Shown here piece after piece: positions 59,447-61,377 of a DNA stretch of 61,377 nt; position 1 is the first letter of the stretch, and every line of letters begins with the position of its first letter. Source of the stretch: Nitrospirae bacterium MYbin3 (GTDB taxonomy: Bacteria; Nitrospirota; Thermodesulfovibrionia; Thermodesulfovibrionales; Dissulfurispiraceae); the NCBI GenBank assembly GCA_002753335.1, contig PEAD01000018.1, positions 1 through 61,377 of the forward strand. The letters are read 5' to 3'. The position numbers were made by a program, and so were the translations under genes. The notes below the pieces were generated by a model. It was not told where the DNA came from, ran no database searches, and worked only from the letters and a program-made list of their open reading frames with translations.

Positions 59447-59511
59447 GATAAATAAAATGGTGGTCTCGATTATCTGGGATTGAATTGGTCTCGGTTACTT
59501 GGGACGTGACA

Positions 59512-61377
59512 CTAAAACCATACTTGTTTTTTAAAACTCTATCCATTTCTGTTGCATCAGAGACAGAAGTATTCAATTTGGGGAGATATTTATAGTTATT
59601 GTTGCCAATAATTATTGCATAATAGTTTGCATCAATCCTTAGGCGTTCATTCTCTGCTTTCTCTCTCGCAAATTTCTCTGATATTGCCCTTTCGGCAGCA
59701 ATGCGCTCCTGTTCAGCTCTTTCTTTTTGTTGTATTGCCAGTCTTTCTCTCTCGGCTTGCGCCTGCGCCTCTTTCTGCAAAGCAAGTTTTGTTTGCTCTG
59801 CTTTTTCCTTTTCCTTCTCGGCACGCTCTGCATCCAGACGTTTCTGTTCCTCAAGGAGTTTCGCCAAGCGCTCATTCTCAGCCTTCTTGCTTGCAAGTTC
59901 TTTAGACAGGTTCGAAAGCTCATCCGATAGATCTTTTTGTGCAGCAAGCCGTTCCTGCATAGCCTTTTCTTTCAGCTTCTCAGCCAAAACTGTCGCTGCT
60001 TTATCATCAGGAGCTTTTTCTGTCTTGGCCAATTCAGCAATACGACCGGATTTGCGCATTGCCACAGCCTGCAGTTCAGCTTTTGTCTTGTCGTTAATGT
60101 CGGCAAAGACTTCGTTAATAATATTATCTGTTTCGGAAGGTGACGCTGCCCCCATAAATGAGCCTCTTCCGGATACATACTTTTTCTCTGTTTCCAGATT
60201 AACAAATGTGTAGTATATGCTGGTGCCTTGCTGTCGATTTCTTTCTGCTATAAGCATAAAATCTGCCGCTACCACCTTGCCGATTTTTTTAGCCAGGGCA
60301 TAGTTGTCTTTTTCCAGGTTATACTGTGATACGATTTTACCAGTCAACGCTTTCTCAAGTTCATTTCTTGGGACTATTTCGTACATGCCCTTGTCGCTTA
60401 AAATTTTCGCCATATTTTCGTATGTATTTTCAACAAACCACTCATCAGACCGCGCCCATCTAGATATTTCAGAATATGTCATTATAAAAACCCTGACTTT
60501 CTGGTTTAAAAGGGCAGATTGCGCTATTTTTCCATCCTGTTTTTCCTGAACAGAAATCCGCGGTTTTTTTGTATCTAAGGGCCTTGCCGATGTGTCGACC
60601 CCTTGCTTGTATGCATGCAATTGAGCGGAATAAGCGGTAATCGTATAACTCGCATACGGCGGCAGATTTGCCTTTATGATCATTTTCATCTCAGGCGAAT
60701 ACCAAAAATCACCGTTATAAGTTTCGTAGTTGTGTACGGAACGAAATGAATCCTTATTCGTTATTGTCGCGCTGATCTTGTAAGCTTTGTATTCTCCGGC
60801 AGGAGTCCTCAACACCCTGAATTCTGTAACCTCATACGAAGCATCGTATCTAAAACTCTGATTCGTATATTTCGGCGACTGGTCTATAAAACTATCCTTC
60901 CATTTCTTTCCAACAAAAAGAGGAAAATCAAGCTTAACATTCCTCAAACTCCCACTAGAGTCTATAAAATAGTTCTTATCAACATTAACTTTCTCTGCGT
61001 TACTTGAATCCTCCTGATACTCATCAAGAACAAAGCTCTTGTCATCCTTTACCTGTTTTACTTCCCATGTCCATGTTCGGTACTTGTCTGTAGCGGTATA
61101 CTTGTCCCCAACCTGCATCAAAGGAAATTCTGCGCGCTCTTTATCAAATAGATGTGTTGAGTCTTCCTGTTTTGTAATCACTATTTTTTTTTGCTCTTTT
61201 TCACCCTGCTGTTTGATCGGTTCAGGTTTTGTTATAGCAACAGTCGCTACGTTCAAAGATGAATAAGCGGTAATCGCATAACTCGCATACGGCGGCAGAT
61301 TTGCCTTTATGATCATTTTCATCTCAGGCGAATACCAAAAATCACCGTTATAAGTTTCGTAGTTGTGTACGGAACGA
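59512..61377 (-). pseudogene. Multidomain caspase-like (peptidase C14) protein; 5' end outside the window, 3' end cut by IS21
   Basis: Repeated beta domain, CsgG/FlgO-like domain, coiled coil, then YAIIIGNNNYKYLPKLNTSVSDA...YGF broken at the IS end. Confidence 0.78.
60628..61377. repeat. Direct repeat of at least 117 bp (60628-60744 and 61261-61377), 1 mismatch, 633-bp offset
   Basis: Direct sequence comparison; the second copy is cut by the window end. Confidence 0.92.

Larger units (their letters stand above)
56939..59511 (+). mobile_element. IS21-family insertion sequence (2573 bp)
   Basis: TGTTACGTCCCA... and ...TGGGACGTGACA ends (TG...CA); internal AATCCCA...CGAGACC repeats; istA and istB. 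Confidence 0.93.

Noticed and set aside
59394..59511. C-terminal 38 aa of the 642-aa track ORF
   Set aside because: This is read-through into the IS21 right end, not native protein sequence

Overview
A low-to-moderate GC bacterial chromosome segment. The gene repertoire (multiheme cytochromes, sigma54 regulators, hemE next to an AhbD-like enzyme) suggests an anaerobic Nitrospirota/Desulfobacterota-type organism; this is inference only. About 1-45.2 kb is mostly housekeeping: TamB-like, scpB, fluC, murC-like, fabH-plsX-rpmF-yceD, hemE/ahbD-like, rnhA, U32 protein, queE, peptide ABC binding protein, secG, tpiA, tRNA-fMet. Embedded in it is the most interesting locus (17.9-26.9 kb): NHL lipoprotein, PpiC foldase, outer-membrane beta-barrel, second NHL protein and three multiheme cytochromes. 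The last cytochrome is an OmcE-like (nanowire-type) protein with an extra fifth heme motif and its own putative sigma54 promoter, and an ISAs1 element sits just upstream of the cluster. Downstream of tRNA-fMet is an accessory, island-like region. It holds a cNMP/MBL/DUF294 operon with an in-frame TGA, a TA pair followed by an attC-like site, a beta-defensin-like secreted peptide, a solo tyrosine recombinase between 13-bp inverted repeats, an AbiEii-type TA pair, and an IS21 element joining two truncated genes. Many genes appear to be leaderless. All assignments come from reading motifs by eye; no database searches were run.
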